From assembly GCF_963921235.1 (NCBI RefSeq), contig NC_086108.1, positions 42,410,001 through 42,474,000 on the forward strand: a stretch of DNA of 64,000 nt. Direction: 5' to 3'. A program made the position numbers and the translations under genes. The DNA comes from Mobula hypostoma. Taxonomy: Eukaryota. Position 1 is the stretch's first letter. Every line of letters starts with the position of its first letter. This document shows positions 12,828 to 27,220 of this stretch, one piece after another. The notes beneath the pieces were generated by a model, which saw nothing but the letters and a program-made list of their open reading frames with translations, made no database searches and had not been told where the DNA came from.

Positions 12828-14079
12828 CAGGTGTCCCCTGCTTTTCGAACGTTCGCTTTACGAAACCTCACTGTTACGAAAGACCTACATTAGTACCCTG
12901 TTCTTGCTTTCAGAAGGTGTTTTCACTGTTACGAAGAAAGGCAGCGCGCGATAAAAAATCCGCGCTATAAAAGGCAGCGCGCACCCCGAGCAGATGCTCT
13001 CCCCTGGATTCGGAACAGCATTGCTTAAACTATGAGCATTGAGCAGCCATTAGCAAGATGAGTTCTAAGGTGTTGGAAAAGCCTGAAAGAGCTCGTAAGG
13101 GTGTTACACTTAGCATAAAACTAGACATAATTAAGCGTTTCGATCGTGGTGAACGAAGCAAGGACAAAGTGAGTTTGGCTTGTGGAAGCTGACGAAGATG
13201 ATGTTGAAGAGGTTTTGGCGTCCCATGACCAAGAACTGATAGATGAAGAGCTGATGCAATTGGAAGAGGAAGGGATAACAATCGAAACCGTATGCAGTAG
13301 CGAAAGTGAAGTCATCCAGGAACTGAACGTGAAGCAACTGCGTGAGATTTTCGCTGCAATGATAAAGTACGACTTTAATTTTGAAAGGGTACGTAGGTTT
13401 AGGGGATATTTGCAGGATGGTTTGAGTGCTTACAAACAACTGTATGATAGAAAAATGCGCGAGGCTCAGCAGTCAAGCAAGCCTTCCACTTCAGCCACAG
13501 CAGAGGATGACCTCGATCTTCGACATCGAGGCAGGCAGTCATAGGAGAGGATGAGCTGCCTGCCCTGATCGACGATGAGATGACACCCCCGTGTCCCACC
13601 ACCCCAACCCCCGGGCCCTGGACAGATACTGTGCCGAATTGCGGAGAATGCAGCGGTAGCTTGGAGGCACACACCACATCTTTAAGAAAAAAGCCGAAAT
13701 AAACATGCTAATTAATTAGGTGTCGCCTAGCATGTAATTGTCGGCCCAGATCAGTGCAGCGCTTGCGTGAGATTCTCTGCCGAGAGCGCTTGCGTGAGAT
13801 TTTCGCTACGGAGATCTGTGCAGCCAATCGTTGTAGAGAAGTATTTCTACTTTATATAGGCTGTGTATTTATCATATCATTCCTGCTTTTACTATATATT
13901 ACTGTTATTTTAGGTTTTATGTGTTATTTGGCATGATTTGGTAGGTTATTTTTGGGTCTGCGAACGCTCACAAAGTTTTCCCATATAAATAAATGGTAAT
14001 TGCTTCTTCGCTTTACGACATTTCGGCTTACGAACTGTTTCATAGGAACGCTCTACCTTTGGATGTCAGGGGAAACCTG
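12828..14079 (+). mobile_element. Internally deleted Tigger/pogo DNA transposon
   Basis: TA flanks; TIRs CAGGTGTCCCC / GGGGAAACCTG; CENP-B-type HTH start (ATG 13058: RKGVTLSIKLDIIKRFDRGE) joined to acidic C-terminus (DVEEVLASHDQELIDEEL). Confidence 0.85.
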
Positions 14080-14109
14080 TAGGTTGAATAGATAATCTGT
14101 AATATTCCA

Positions 14110-14275
14110 GGGGTGGCACAGTACAACACAGCTGCTGCCTGACAGTTCTCATGACCACATTCAATCCTGACATTTTGGTGCCGTCCGTGTGGAATTCTCA
14201 ATGTGATCTCATGGATTTCCTACGAGTGCTACAATTTCCGCCTGCATCCCAAAGGTGTTCTGGTTATTAGGTTAA
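14110..14275 (+). mobile_element. Degenerate SINE (V-SINE-like)
   Basis: ggtggcacagt start; core gtccgtgtggaattc...ggatttcct..gagtgct...catcccaaag; a similar antisense core lies near 14950-15090. Confidence 0.5.
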
Positions 14276-15257
14276 AGACCATGAGACATGGGAGCAGAAG
14301 TAGGTTATTAGACCCATTGAGTGTGCTCTGCCATTTGATCGTGGCTGATCTATTTCTCCTTCAACCCCCTTGTTAAAATCAAGTCAAACTTTGATGTACT
14401 TGTTGGCATATTGCTGTAGATTTTCTTTGTTTAGATAACACTTCTATGACTTATGAATTCTTATTTTGACTTAACCTTTTGAGGTAGCTTGTCAAATAGT
14501 TTATAGAAGTCCAAGTATAATCTATCCACTGTCAACAAATCTTTCTCAAAAATATTAATAAAATTTTTCTGCCACTATTTTTCTTCATAAAATTGTGCTG
14601 ACTCTACTTGATTGGATTATGATTTTCCAAACGTACTACTTTTATTTGTTTATTCCAACCTTTTTTTCCAACAGTATATGTTATGACTAATCAGCTATAG
14701 TTCCTCCATTTTGGCTCCCTCCCATGTCGAATATTGGCTGTTTATCAATCCTCTGGTATTTCTCCAGAATCTGAATATGTTTGTAAGGCTATAATTAATG
14801 CATTCTGGTACCCAATTCTTTTCAGATCCTAGATTCCAAACAATCTGGGCTAAGCTGCTTATTAGTCTTTTGACCCATTAGCCTAAAGTGTAGTAAGTTT
14901 ATTTGTTTCTTTTTAATTTAGAGATGCAGCATGGTAACAGGCCCTTCTGGCCAAACCACCCAATTACACCCGTGTGACCAATTTACTTACTAACCCATAA
15001 TTGTTTGAAATGTGAGACGAAGCTGGAACTCCCAGAGAAACCCAGTGGTCACAGGGAGGAAGTGCAGATTTATTACACACACAGCAGAGTAGGAGCCTTC
15101 AAAGGGAATTTGGATATGTATTTCAAAAAATGAGTAAATGATGTATGAGATTACTGTTTGAAAGAGCTGTTGCAGACTCATAAGGCCAAATGGTAGCGTG
15201 CTGCATTATTTTATGATTTATGTGAAATAGTTCCAAAAACACTTGTAAACAGCATAG

Positions 15258-15446
<189 letters not shown>

Positions 15447-15722
15447 TGATTCAATTTGTTTCAGGAATTGTAACAGCTAAACAAACTTAAATCATTGCAG
15501 TCTAAGCTGTTGCTCAGCTTATAGTAGAGTAGAAAAGTCCATGTCGTACTTAAGCAAATTCAGCAAAAGGAATGTCGGCTTGTTTTATTATGAAGAAGTG
15601 AGTTACGTTATATGTATCCCTTTATTTCTAAAACAGGTTTTGAATCTCATTACATGAACACAGTTATTTCCTGTCAGGTTGGCTGCCATCACTACCACCT
15701 TTCCATTTATACTTGAGGAGTA

Positions 15723-17505
15723 CATTTCCAAGAAAAAGTTTGTGAACTCTTTACCTGGTTTTCTGCGTTAATTGCTCATAAAATGTGGTCTGATCTTCAT
15801 CTAAGTCACAATAGTAGACAAACGTAAACTGCCTAAACTAATAACACAGGAACAATTGTACTTCTCATCAATACTGAGTACACCATTTTAACTATTACAG
15901 TCAAGGTTCAAAAATGTGTGTGATCTTCTGGAGTAATGCCATCTACCAAAGCTACTGTATTTGGAGTCAGGTGTTTCATTCAATGAGATGAGATTAGAGG
16001 TGTGGGTTGTAAAGGTGCCCTCCCCTATTTAAAAAAAAGACACACAGAGTCAGGTTACTGACTGCCTGCTCTTCTCAAGAAAGATCTGTTTATGTGCATC
16101 ATGCCTTGATCAAAACAAATTTCAGAAAATCTTAAAAGAAGAATTGTAGGGATGCGTGAAGCTGGAAAAAGCTATAAAAGCATTTCTAAAGATCTGAGCA
16201 TTCATCAGTAAGAGAAATGTTCTACAAATGGAGGAAATTCAGTACTGTTGCTACTCTTCCTAGGAGTGGGCATCCTGCAAAGATCACACCAAGAGCATAA
16301 TGTGCAATGCTGAAGGAGGTGAAAAAGATCCCAAGGGTAACAGCAAAAGCTCTGCATTAGTCTCTAGTACTTGTAAAAGTCTCTTCCACTATAAGAAAAA
16401 CGGTGAACAAGTATGGTGTTCATGGAAGAACACCGTGGAGGAAGTTACTGCCCTCCAAAAAACAACATTGCTGCACATCTCAAGTTTGCGAAATGTGTTC
16501 CACAATTGTTCTGGGACAACGTTCTGTGGACAGATAACACAAAAGTTGAACTTTTTGGCAGAAATGCACACTGCTATGTTTGGAGGTAAAATGGCACCAA
16601 AACCTCATCTCAACTGTTAGCCATGGTGGAAGGAGCATCATGGTTTGGGGCTGCTTTGCTGCCTCAGTTTGTGGACAGCTTGTAATCGTTGCGGGAACAA
16701 AATTCAAAACTGTATCAAGACATTTTATAGGAGAATGTCAGGGTAGCGGTCCGTCACCTGAAGCTTAATAGAAGTTAGATGATGCAACAGGACAATAATC
16801 TGTAACACAAGAGTAAATCAACAGCAGAATGGTTTAAAAAGAACAAAATTTGTTATTTGGAATGGCCAAGTCAGAATCCAGACCTTAACCCAGTTGAAAT
16901 GCTGTGGCAGAGTGCTGTTCATGCAGGGCATCTCAGAAATATTGATGAACTGAAATAGGTTTGTATGGAGAAATGGTCTAAAATTCCTCCTCACTGTTGT
17001 GCAGGTCTGATCAGCAGCTGCAGGAAATATGCAGCAGGCCAGGCAGCATCTCTAGGAAGAGGTGCAGTCGACGTTTCAGGCCGAGACCCTTCGTCTGACG
17101 AAGGGTCTCGGCCTGAAACGTCGACTGCACCTCTTCCTGGAGATGCTGCCTGGCCTGCTGCGTTCACCAGCAACTTTTATGTGTGTCGCTTGAATTTCCA
17201 GCATCTGCAGAATTCCTGTTGTTTGAGCTACATGAAGTGTTTGATGGAGGTTATTGTTGCTAAAAGGAGGTTCTACCAGTTATTAAGTACAAGGGTTCAC
17301 ATTTTTTTTCCAGCCTGGACTGTGAATGATTGAACAATGTGTTCAATAAAGACATGAAAAGTATAATTGTTTGTGTGTTATTAGTTTAGACAGATTGTGT
17401 TTGTCTGTTATCGTGATTTAGATGAAGATCAGACCATATTTTATGAGTAACTAATGCAGAAAACCAGGCAATTGCATAGGGTTCATAAACGTTTTCTTGC
17501 AACTA
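15723..17505 (+). mobile_element. Degenerate Tc1 transposon (family B)
   Basis: TA flanks and long inverted ends; frameshifted transposase (VLWTD, GSIMVWGCF, QQDN, WPSQNPDLNPVEMLW); interrupted by a PLE palindrome. Confidence 0.85.
17030..17225. repeat. Palindromic PLE pLTR mini-insertion, 65-bp arms centred on 17096
   Basis: 17031-17095 is the reverse complement of 17097-17161 (1 mismatch); 3' tail to 17225; degenerate TSD at 17016-17028 and 17226-17238. Confidence 0.9.
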
Positions 17506-18218
17506 TACCTCATTGAGTGGAAATGCATTGGAATATTCTGAAAGTGCTATATAAAATCTGATAATTTTAGTGATAAGGTCAAAAGATGTAGATTTTGCTG
17601 TTTGGTGTTAATTTCTGGTTGCAGACTGGAAAGTTAATGAACAATCATGCAAATTGCAATCAATTTTGTAAGGGACAGAATGATCATGCCACTGATGATG
17701 GAATGATATGTAACAAAATCATAACCTACAATTCCTTGCTCAATGAATTCTTAATATTAAGTGTGTTCCAACAGTGAAGACAATCCTTCGCTAACGAGGA
17801 ATAAAATGGACCTTAAGTCACAATGGTTGAAATTGGTTTATTTTGACTTATTCTGCCCTAAATAAACAATGACAAACTACATGCTCTTTTTTTTTAACCA
17901 TTTTGATCACCTGTTAATTTAAATCGAAGTTCTGATTCAGATGAGTATTTCAAGAATACTTTTGGACATTTATTTATCATGAAAGGTTATTTACCTACAA
18001 GCATTTTTGGGAAAAAAAATAAAATAGCCCCTCAAACTGCTTTTTTATGAAGTTCTGATCTAGAAAACTTTTATTCCGCTATTCACCTTACCATTTTGCT
18101 AACAAATCCAATAACATTGAAGTTCATAGTATTGAACTCACTTGAAAAATAATTTTTCAATTTCTAATCTAAATTTCCGTTAGTCATATGATTAATAGCT
18201 AATGTATTGGTCAACAAA

Positions 18219-19233
18219 GGGTACGTCCACATTACGCTGGATAATTTTGAAAACGAAACTTTTTCTCTTCGTTTTGACCTTCTGTCCACACTGAAACGGC
18301 GTTTTCATCCCCCGAAAACGGAGATTTTCAGAAATGGTCTCCAGAGTGAATATATCTGAAAACGCCTAATATCCATTGTAGTGTGTACAGGGTAACCGGA
18401 GAGATTTAAAAACACTGTCATGACAACCCCAGAACAACAATGCTTTTTCTGCTTCTGCTTGGTACTGCACAAGCTGTTATAACGCGCAGTCGGTGTGAAC
18501 GGCGTGAGAGTTAAATTGTAAAGTGAGCTTTTTTGACTATTTAAAAACACTGTCATGACATGCCGGAACAGATGTTCATTGTTTTCTAGAATGCAACCAC
18601 CTAACAATTTCAGAACAGACGGCAACGAGTCTGAAGCCAGGAGAGTTAGAAATGTACTCACCAAATACCTTGACCCATAGCTTACTGAATAAATAAGTAT
18701 ACTCACTTTGCCCTGTTTTCTGTCCTTGCTTGTATGAAGGTGGTTTACCTATTTATGCAAGTACTTCTCTGACAACAGATGTGTAACAGCCTAATGTAAC
18801 ATTGTATGGAAATACAAGATAACACTGATGCAGACGTTTTATACATTTAACAAGGTGCTTTATTAATGCAACAGAGTTAGTCAGTTTTTCAATGTTCGTC
18901 GTCAGCTGGGTCATACTGTCCATGAACTCCCTGTTGGTTGCCTCCATACGCTCCAGTATTTGTTTTTTTTTAGTTTTAAGTCCTCCTGCACGAGAGCCAA
19001 GAGCAATTCCTTTTAAGTTTTTCTACTCTGTAACTGGACAAACTCGCACTAAGTATATCGTTTCCTCTTCGCTTGTTTTCTGTATGTCCTGCGCATGCCC
19101 AGTAGGAGGAGATTCGCCCAAATATCCGCCTAATGTGGATGGAGATATTTTGAAAAACGCTTAGTGTGGACGCCTGTCGTTTTTACTCGAAACTGGTGTT
19201 TTCAAAATTATCTGGCGTAGTGTGGACGTAGCC
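18219..19233. mobile_element. PIF/Harbinger-type non-autonomous DNA transposon
   Basis: TIRs GGGTACGTCCACATTACGCTGGATAATTTTGAAAAC / GTTTTCAAAATTATCTGGCGTAGTGTGGACGTAGCC; 3-bp AAA on both flanks. Confidence 0.8.
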
Positions 19234-19705
19234 AAAGTCTGTGGTTTCCAGAATGGGTATTCTCAAAAATGTTGGAAAATGGCAGTTTGGTTGATAAGAA
19301 GTTTGTTTTACCTGGAATGCATATGATTAGTAAAAGAAATTCTGTCTTACAAATAATAGAAAAAAATCTTAAGCCTTTAGCTGTAGAATTTCTATTGTAT
19401 TAAAAGGAAAACTGAGAAATGTAGCAGCAATAACTTAGAATTTTTATTCTGAAGTTGCTGTGTTGTCCCTGAAATGAAGGATTCTAATATTGTTTACTAG
19501 GTTTTTAGTAATAGTCACTCAAGTAAAATCAGAACAGCTTCAATAAACCCATGTTAATGATTGGAAAATAGCCTGTAGAGATCATTAAATCAGTTATTTT
19601 CTGACCCATATGCTCACTTTCATTTAGTGATTAAACAGTTCATGACTATTTTTTGATATGCTTCACATTGAATGTACTTGATAACATTATCACCAAGTCC
19701 ACTGA

Positions 19706-20002
<297 letters not shown>

Positions 20003-20571
20003 TAACTATATTTTGAAAATTTTGACCCTAACATTCCATTTATTTTTGTTTTTAGTAAAGTTCCATGGTTAGGAGTAAAAAGACATCCATTTAACCCTTG
20101 TTCCAACTGTGATGTTTAAGTTTTTAAGATTGTGAACCATTAAAGCCATGTTAAATTTGCATGCTTTCTTTGTATGCACGACTGTTCAATTTGAGTGTAC
20201 TATATGTTACTAGATAACAAGCTTCAATATCTTTGGTCTGACCAACATAGCTAAAACAAACTTCAAACTGATCTAGTATCTTCCTGGGTAGCATGGTGTG
20301 GTTGTCCACTAAACGGTTTGGCGGTGTAATAATTTATCACATATGCAGTGAAATTAATTTACTTAAGTTTTCCAAATAGTTTATACATTATTATCTCATT
20401 ACAGTGAAACTGAAACATTAACGTATCTATCTTGCAGTTTTATTGCACTTTACGGGAATTATCTAAGTAATAGGTTAGATGCTGGCATTTTGCAAATGGA
20501 TGTTTTTTAAAGCCATAATTTCATAGTGTTAAATATTTTCTAAATAAACTTGTGTAACCTTGCACTATTGA

Positions 20572-20724
<153 letters not shown>

Positions 20725-21877
20725 CTAGTTGATACCAATGCAGGCAAAGCACAATTGTAACTGTAATTTGAGAGAGAAAATGTTGGCAATCACAAATTGA
20801 TCATTATGTAACTGACCAGTCGAACATATAAAAGAACACAGATCAGTATGCGCTGCTGTTGAAACTATATGGAACTGTTGTCTGTGTTTGTATTATGCTG
20901 TGCTTAAGTCTTCCACATGTGATCATGCTGTCACTGGGGTCTGTTACCAAATGCACACAATGACTGAATCAAGTGAGACAAATATTCATTTAGTGTTTAT
21001 GATACATCTTGTTCATTGTGCCAGTGACTAATGTAAAATGCTGCCTGAGTATTATAGATCCAATTATTGGTTGTACAGTTTAATTTTACGTGAACTGACA
21101 ACTAACCATTTAAACACTAATTTGTTGCTCTGATGTAAGAGATATTAACATTCATCACATCTGATCATAACAAAGTGAACTTTTTATGCAGAACATTTTG
21201 GACATGATTACCATTTTATTGGCAGTAGCATGGCATTTTGCATTATATGTACGTTTACTTGTGTGGGTGTGCTTGCACACAGGAAAATAGTATTGTACAT
21301 GTCCATGAAAACTAATGCTTGCATTGCAGTTAGTATTAAATAAGTAAATTTTATTTTTCTGTTCATATATGTAATTCCTTATTATATTTTCTATTGTACA
21401 GTTTAATATAAATACTCAACATTGGTTTTATTAATATTTAACTTATGTATTTGCATTTTGGTTACAAGGAGCTAGATGTACCTGCAATAGTGTGCTGTTT
21501 TAAGTTACTGGACTTTTATTCAGAAGCCTGGACTTACTGATCTAGGAATATGAGTTTGGTTCCCACTAGAAATTTTAATTTACTTGATTTAAATCTGGAA
21601 TAAGATACTAGTGTCATTGAAGAGGCATGAAACTATTGGATTGTTGTACAAACTAATGTTGTCACTAATATCCTTCAGGGAAGGAAATCTGCCACTTTTA
21701 CCTGGTCTGGCTAAATACATGACTTCAGATCCACCAATGTAGTTGACTCTTAAATGCCTTCTCCGTTCACGGGCAATTGGAGATGAACCATGTCTGTGAG
21801 TGAATGTGAATTATCTCACTTTTTGTCCTAATTGAAATTATACTGAGAATTATGAAGTGTGATCGTGCAGTGTTCTC

Positions 21878-21883
21878 AATAAA
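21878..21883 (+). terminator. Candidate WDR47 polyadenylation signal
   Basis: AATAAA about 1.15 kb after the stop, followed by T/GT-rich sequence. Confidence 0.5.
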
Positions 21884-24359
21884 ATCATTTATTTGATGAA
21901 GAGCTTTAGCTTCCAGTTTTGGTATGCAACAGTTTAGCTTCATTTGACTTGTGTTTTATTGTGCAGTTACCCTGTAACTGTGTGGCAGCCTCCTAGCTAA
22001 CTTATTGATCTTCAACTTTCTCTACATTTCTCTACAAATGTCTCACTTGTCAGGTGCATCCCAGTAATACCACACTTCTTGGCAAGCCTTTGTAGAAGAG
22101 CAATCAACATTTTATTCTTGAATCTCCTTCCTCTGGGTAAATTTTGTGTCCTCTGACTATAATATTTGTTTTTCTTTGATGGAGTCCCATTCCATCATGT
22201 AAAAAAACCTTTAGAAATCAAAGTTAGTTTTTTGTCTAGCATATGAAATCTTGTATAGCCATATGTTTTGGGAAATAGTTTATTTTTCAAGCTGTAAGTG
22301 GCATGCCATTGTTACCATATGCAAACTGTTTTGAACAGAAGAACACGTTTCTTCACATCATTACTTTTCTAATTGAAATTTGTAACTTATCCAGGCTAAA
22401 ATGAGTTAAGTTTATCTCTCTTCATTGCAACTTTCTATGCATCTTTGCCTTCATTCTTTTCCCATTCTTGGAAATGGTGAGCCAGATCCCGTTGAACCCA
22501 ACTAGCTACCAGAGCTTGAACTTTTTCTGGGTCAGAGGGCTAGATAAATGATTTGGTAGGTATCCCATTAGGTAGAGCACCTCAGCTCCAAGTGATTAAA
22601 AAAAAAACCTCTGATACTATGTTTGGAAGCCTCACATTCAGAATATCTTGATACCTACTAGAGCATGATTTTATCTGCAGCAACATTACTAGATGAATAT
22701 ACAGATAGAAGCCATACATGCAGTTTAGCTGAATCACTTGAGTAACCTTCTTAAAGGTCAAGCAACATCTGTGAAGTGAGAAATGGGCAAAATATTGACT
22801 TGATAAGTTGCAGCCATTATTTTTGGAATGTTCTATAGTCAAGGTAAATTGTCTTGCGCTATCCAGTTCCAGTACAGTGACGACAATCAATCATGCAAAA
22901 TGAGTGACAATACATTAGTTGGACAATGATCTATAGCACCAGCATGCAAATAGTAAATTGGCATAAGCTTTCATTGCATGTTTTCACTATGTTTACTATT
23001 GTGATAAAAGGGCCACATCAGCATTAGTCTATGATCCAAGTACTGTACACTTACTGCATGCCTGGTACAAGTGGAGGAGGAGTTGTGTAAATAAGAAACT
23101 ACTGACGTTCCATCATACTGATTGGACAATTCTATTAGTGGTGATTCCTAGAGCAGACAGAATGAGATGCATTTACAGAGTTAAAGGTCATTCCAGCTGG
23201 AGATATCGATGATGTACAGGATTTGCTATGCCTTGCAATATAATTTTCCAAAACTGGATTCGGAATATTTCAGTAAGCCACACCTGTTTTATGCAGGAGT
23301 GAAATGTCTCAGGGGATCCCCAGACATCTAGGCGAACAAGATATTGTTCTCAGTTATGTACATATGCACAAAGCAGGAACAACAAAGCAGTATGATTAAA
23401 CGACTTATTGAATCAAGTTAGTAATGGTACAGACTGGGAAACTTAGTGTGGGAAATACGAACCGCCCCTGCTGAGATGGAAACACGCGCACTCAAAAGCC
23501 TACGCCAAAAGGGAGAGCCTTCTGTACGTAGGAGGCCCTATCAATTCACCGCACTATCAAACAGCCACATGAGTACCTGCCACATTCTCGCCCAATTGAA
23601 CTGATAGAGTACATTTCACCCCCCACCCCCACCCCATGGTTGGGAACCATCGTGGAAGGGAATAAGGTAAACTGCAAAAAATGCTGATATGTCTATACTG
23701 CCTGGGTCTGGTCAACTGGCCAGCACACTAGTGGATTGCCACGGGGGTGGGGGGGCAGCTTCTATTTCTGGGCCTGGTTCGCTGATGTCAAGGGCAGCAG
23801 GCTGTGAATCTCCTCTTGATGGTGTCCATTGGTTCATCTGCTGGGATGCTGGCTTCATTAGCAAAGGACACTTCTGTAGCTTCCCTGGGTTGCTGTCAGT
23901 TTGCAGCCATATATGATCCAAATACTTGACTGTGACAATGCTGGATAACAGCCAGTAGCTCATTTTCTTGATGCTGCTCACATGATCCACACCACCCGGT
24001 TCAGGAATAGTTATTACCCTTCAACCGACATGCTCTTGAACCAGGGGGTATAACTTCACTCACTTCTCTCACCTCAACATTGAACGCTTCCCACAACCTT
24101 TGGACCCATTTTCAAAGATACTTCATCTCATATTCTCTATTTATTTATTGTTTGCTTATTTATTTTTGCATTTGCACAATTTGTTGTCTTTTGCACATTA
24201 ATTGTACCTCCATCTTGTGTCCTGTCTATCATTGATTCTATTGCAACACCTACAAAATGCTGGAGGAACTCAGCAGGTCTGGCAGCATCTGTTGAAATGA
24301 ATAAACAGTCGACATTTTGGGCTGAGACCTTTCTTCAGGACTGGAAAGAAAAGGGAAGT

Positions 24360-24765
24360 ATTCTCTGGAGTTCAGGAGAATGAGGGGGGATCTCACGGAA
24401 ACATTCCAAATGTTAAACAGCCTGAACAGATTATATGTGGCAAAGTTATTTCCCGTGGTAGGGGAGTCTGAGACAAGAAGGCACGACTTCAGGATTGAAG
24501 GACGTCCATTTAGAACAGAGATGCGGAAAAATTACTTTAGTCAGAGGGTGGTAAATCTGTGGAATTTGTTGCCAAGAGCAGCTGTGGAGGCCAAGTCATT
24601 GGGTGTATTTAAGGCAGAGATAGATAGGTTCTTGATTAGCCAGGGCATCAAAGAGTATGGGGCAGCAGGGGTAGGGATGACTGGAAGAATTGGATCAGCC
24701 CATGATTGAATGGCAGAGCAGACTCAATGGGCTGAATCGCCTACTTCTCCCATATATTATGGTCT
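24360..24765 (+). mobile_element. CR1 LINE 3' fragment
   Basis: MRGDLTETFQML...YFSQRVVNLWNLLP...FKAEIDRFL. Confidence 0.85.
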
Positions 24766-24811
24766 AATGGAAAAATGCTAGAATAAAAAGATGGGGGGAG
24801 ATCAGAGATAC

Positions 24812-25750
24812 AGTATCCTCTTTCTTCAAAGAATGGGATTTTCCTTCCTCCACCATAGAAGCTACACTCTCCCACATCTCTTCAATCTCCCAGACATCTA
24901 CCCTTACCCCATCCTCCCACTGCCTTAACAGGGATAGACTTAGTCTTGTTCTCATCTACCACACCATGAGTCTCCGCATCCAATGCATCACTCTCTGTAA
25001 AATCCACCATCTTCAACAGGACCCTACCACCAAACACATCGTTACCTGTCCACTCACCCACTCTCTGCTTTCCACAGAGATCACTCCCTCTGTGATTCCC
25101 TTGTTCATTCGTCCCTTCCCACCAATCTCCCACCTGGCACTTGTCTCTGCAACCGGAAGAAGTACTACACCTGCCCATTCATCTCCCTCACCTCCATTCA
25201 GGTCCCCAAACAATCCTTCCAGATGAGGCAACACCTCACTTATGAATCTGTGAGTCGTCTATGTATCCGATTCTCCTGATGCATCCTCCTCTATATTGGT
25301 GAGACTCAACATAAATGTGGGTACCTCTTTGTCAAGCACCTTCGCTCCATCCACAAAAAGCTGTATTTCCTGGTGGCTGAACTTTTTAATTCCAATTTCT
25401 ATTCTGATTCCAACATGTCAGTTCATGGCTTCCTTTTCCGCCCTGATGAGGCCACTCTCAGGTTGGAGAAGCAACACCTTCTATTCTATCTAGATAGCCT
25501 CCAACCTGCTGGCCTGAACATCGATTTCTCCAACTTCTGGTAATTTTCCCCCTCCCCTTCCTCTCTATTCTCCACTGGCCCTCCTCTCACCTCTTCTCCT
25601 CACCTCCCCCAGGAGCCCCATATGGTCCACTCCCCTACCAGATTCCTTCTTTAGTCTTTTACCTATTCTACCTATCACCTCCCAGTTTCTTTCTTCATCC
25701 CACTTCCCACACACACCTTCTAGCTTGTACTCCTTCACCTCCCCCACCCT
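24812..25750 (+). mobile_element. Older degenerate Penelope-like fragment
   Basis: SSFFKEWDFPSS..., QDPTTKHI, GIY-YIG remnant and pyrimidine-rich 3' region homologous to the younger PLE. Confidence 0.75.
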
Positions 25751-25759
25751 TTTTAATTT

Positions 25760-26405
25760 TCAGAATCAGATTTAATATCACCAGCATATGTTGTGACATC
25801 TGTTAACTTTACAGCAGCAGTACAATGAAATACATAATAAATAAAGAGAAAAGAACTGAGTTGCATTAGGTATATATATCTATTAAATAGTTAAGTTAAG
25901 TAATGCAAAAAACAAATAAAAAGTATTCATGGGTTCAATGTCCATTTAGAAATTGCATTGCAGAGGGGAAGAAGCTGTTTCTCAATCATTGAGTGTGTGC
26001 AACCGTAATCGTGTGAAGTGGGATCCTTAATGGTGAACGCCACCTTGCTAAGGCACCACTCCTTGAAGCTGTCTTGGATACTACGGAGGCTAGTAACCGT
26101 CAGGGAGCTGACTAATTTTACAATTTTCTACAACTTATTTTGATCTTGTGCAGAAGCACCCCCCCCCCCCACATGCCAGATGGTGAGCCAATAAGAATGC
26201 TCTCCATGGTACATTTGTAGAAGTTTTCGAGTGTTTTAGTCGACAAACCACATTTCCTCAAACTACTAATGAAATAAAGCTGCTGTCTTGCCTTCTTTAT
26301 AGCTGCATCAATATGCTGCGTCCAGGTTAGGTCCTCAGAGATAATGACACCCAGGAACTTGAAATTGCTCACTCTCTCCACTTCTGATCCCTCTTATGAG
26401 GATTG
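25760..26405 (-). mobile_element. Rex-Babar LINE 3' fragment
   Basis: ERVSNFKFLGVIISEDLTWTQHIDAAIKKARQQLYF; tcagaatcaga tail. Confidence 0.8.
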
Positions 26406-26535
26406 AAACATAGAAACTTAGAAAACCCACAGCACAATACAGACCCTTCAGCCTACAAAACTGTGCCGAACATGTCCTTACCTGAGAAATTACCTAGGGT
26501 TACCCATAGCCCTCTATTTTTCTGAGCTCCATATA

Positions 26536-26757
26536 CAGTGGCAAGCAAAAGTTTGGGCACCCTTGGTCAAAATTTCTGTTACTGTGAATAGCTAAGCGAG
26601 TAAACGATGAACTGATTTCCAAAAGGCGTAAAGTTAAAGATGACATATTTCTTTAATATCTTAAGCAAGAAAACTTTTATTTCCATCTTTTACAGTTTCA
26701 AAATAAAAAAGGAAAAGGGCCCGAAACAAAAATTTGGGCACCCTGCATGGCAGTACT
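26536..26757. mobile_element. Solo terminal repeat of Tc1 family A
   Basis: ta|CAGTGGCAAGCAAAAGTTTGGGCACCC with internal direct repeat; matches the ends at 29366 and 61254. Confidence 0.75.
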
Positions 26758-27220
26758 TATCATAGTCACACACTCATCCACACAGGTTTTAATGAAGTTG
26801 GTGACAACTGTGGCGTACTCATCCAGACTCGAAGGTGACTCCCTGAACACAGTCCAGTCCACCAATTCAAAGCAGTCCTGTAAACGCTCCTGTGCCTCCC
26901 TGGTCCATACCTTCTTGGCCCTCACTACTGGTGCTGAATTTTAATATACTTCTCATTTTGAATTACGTTACTCAGTATTTTGTATGTTTTACACCTCGGA
27001 CCTAGAGGAACGCTTTCTTGTTCAGCCGTATCTATGTATGGTTGAATGATAATTAAAATTGATTTGATCTGATTGATTTGAAGAGGCAATGACCCACTAC
27101 CGATCAACCTCTAGGCACATTTCCCTGCACCCGCCCCAAATCGTCCTCCCTCACTATTATTTAGCAGTCCTTCCAGGTGAGGTAGCACTTCTTATATGAA
27201 TCCATCAGTGACATTTATTG

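Noticed and set aside
13182..13544. Acidic 120-aa ORF as a host gene
   Set aside because: C-terminal remnant of a Tigger transposase inside TA-flanked TIRs
17031..17161. Palindromes as pre-miRNA or DNA-transposon MITEs
   Set aside because: Arms are PLE pLTR sequence, ends are asymmetric and TSDs are 12-13 bp, fitting retrotransposition; no evidence for miRNA processing
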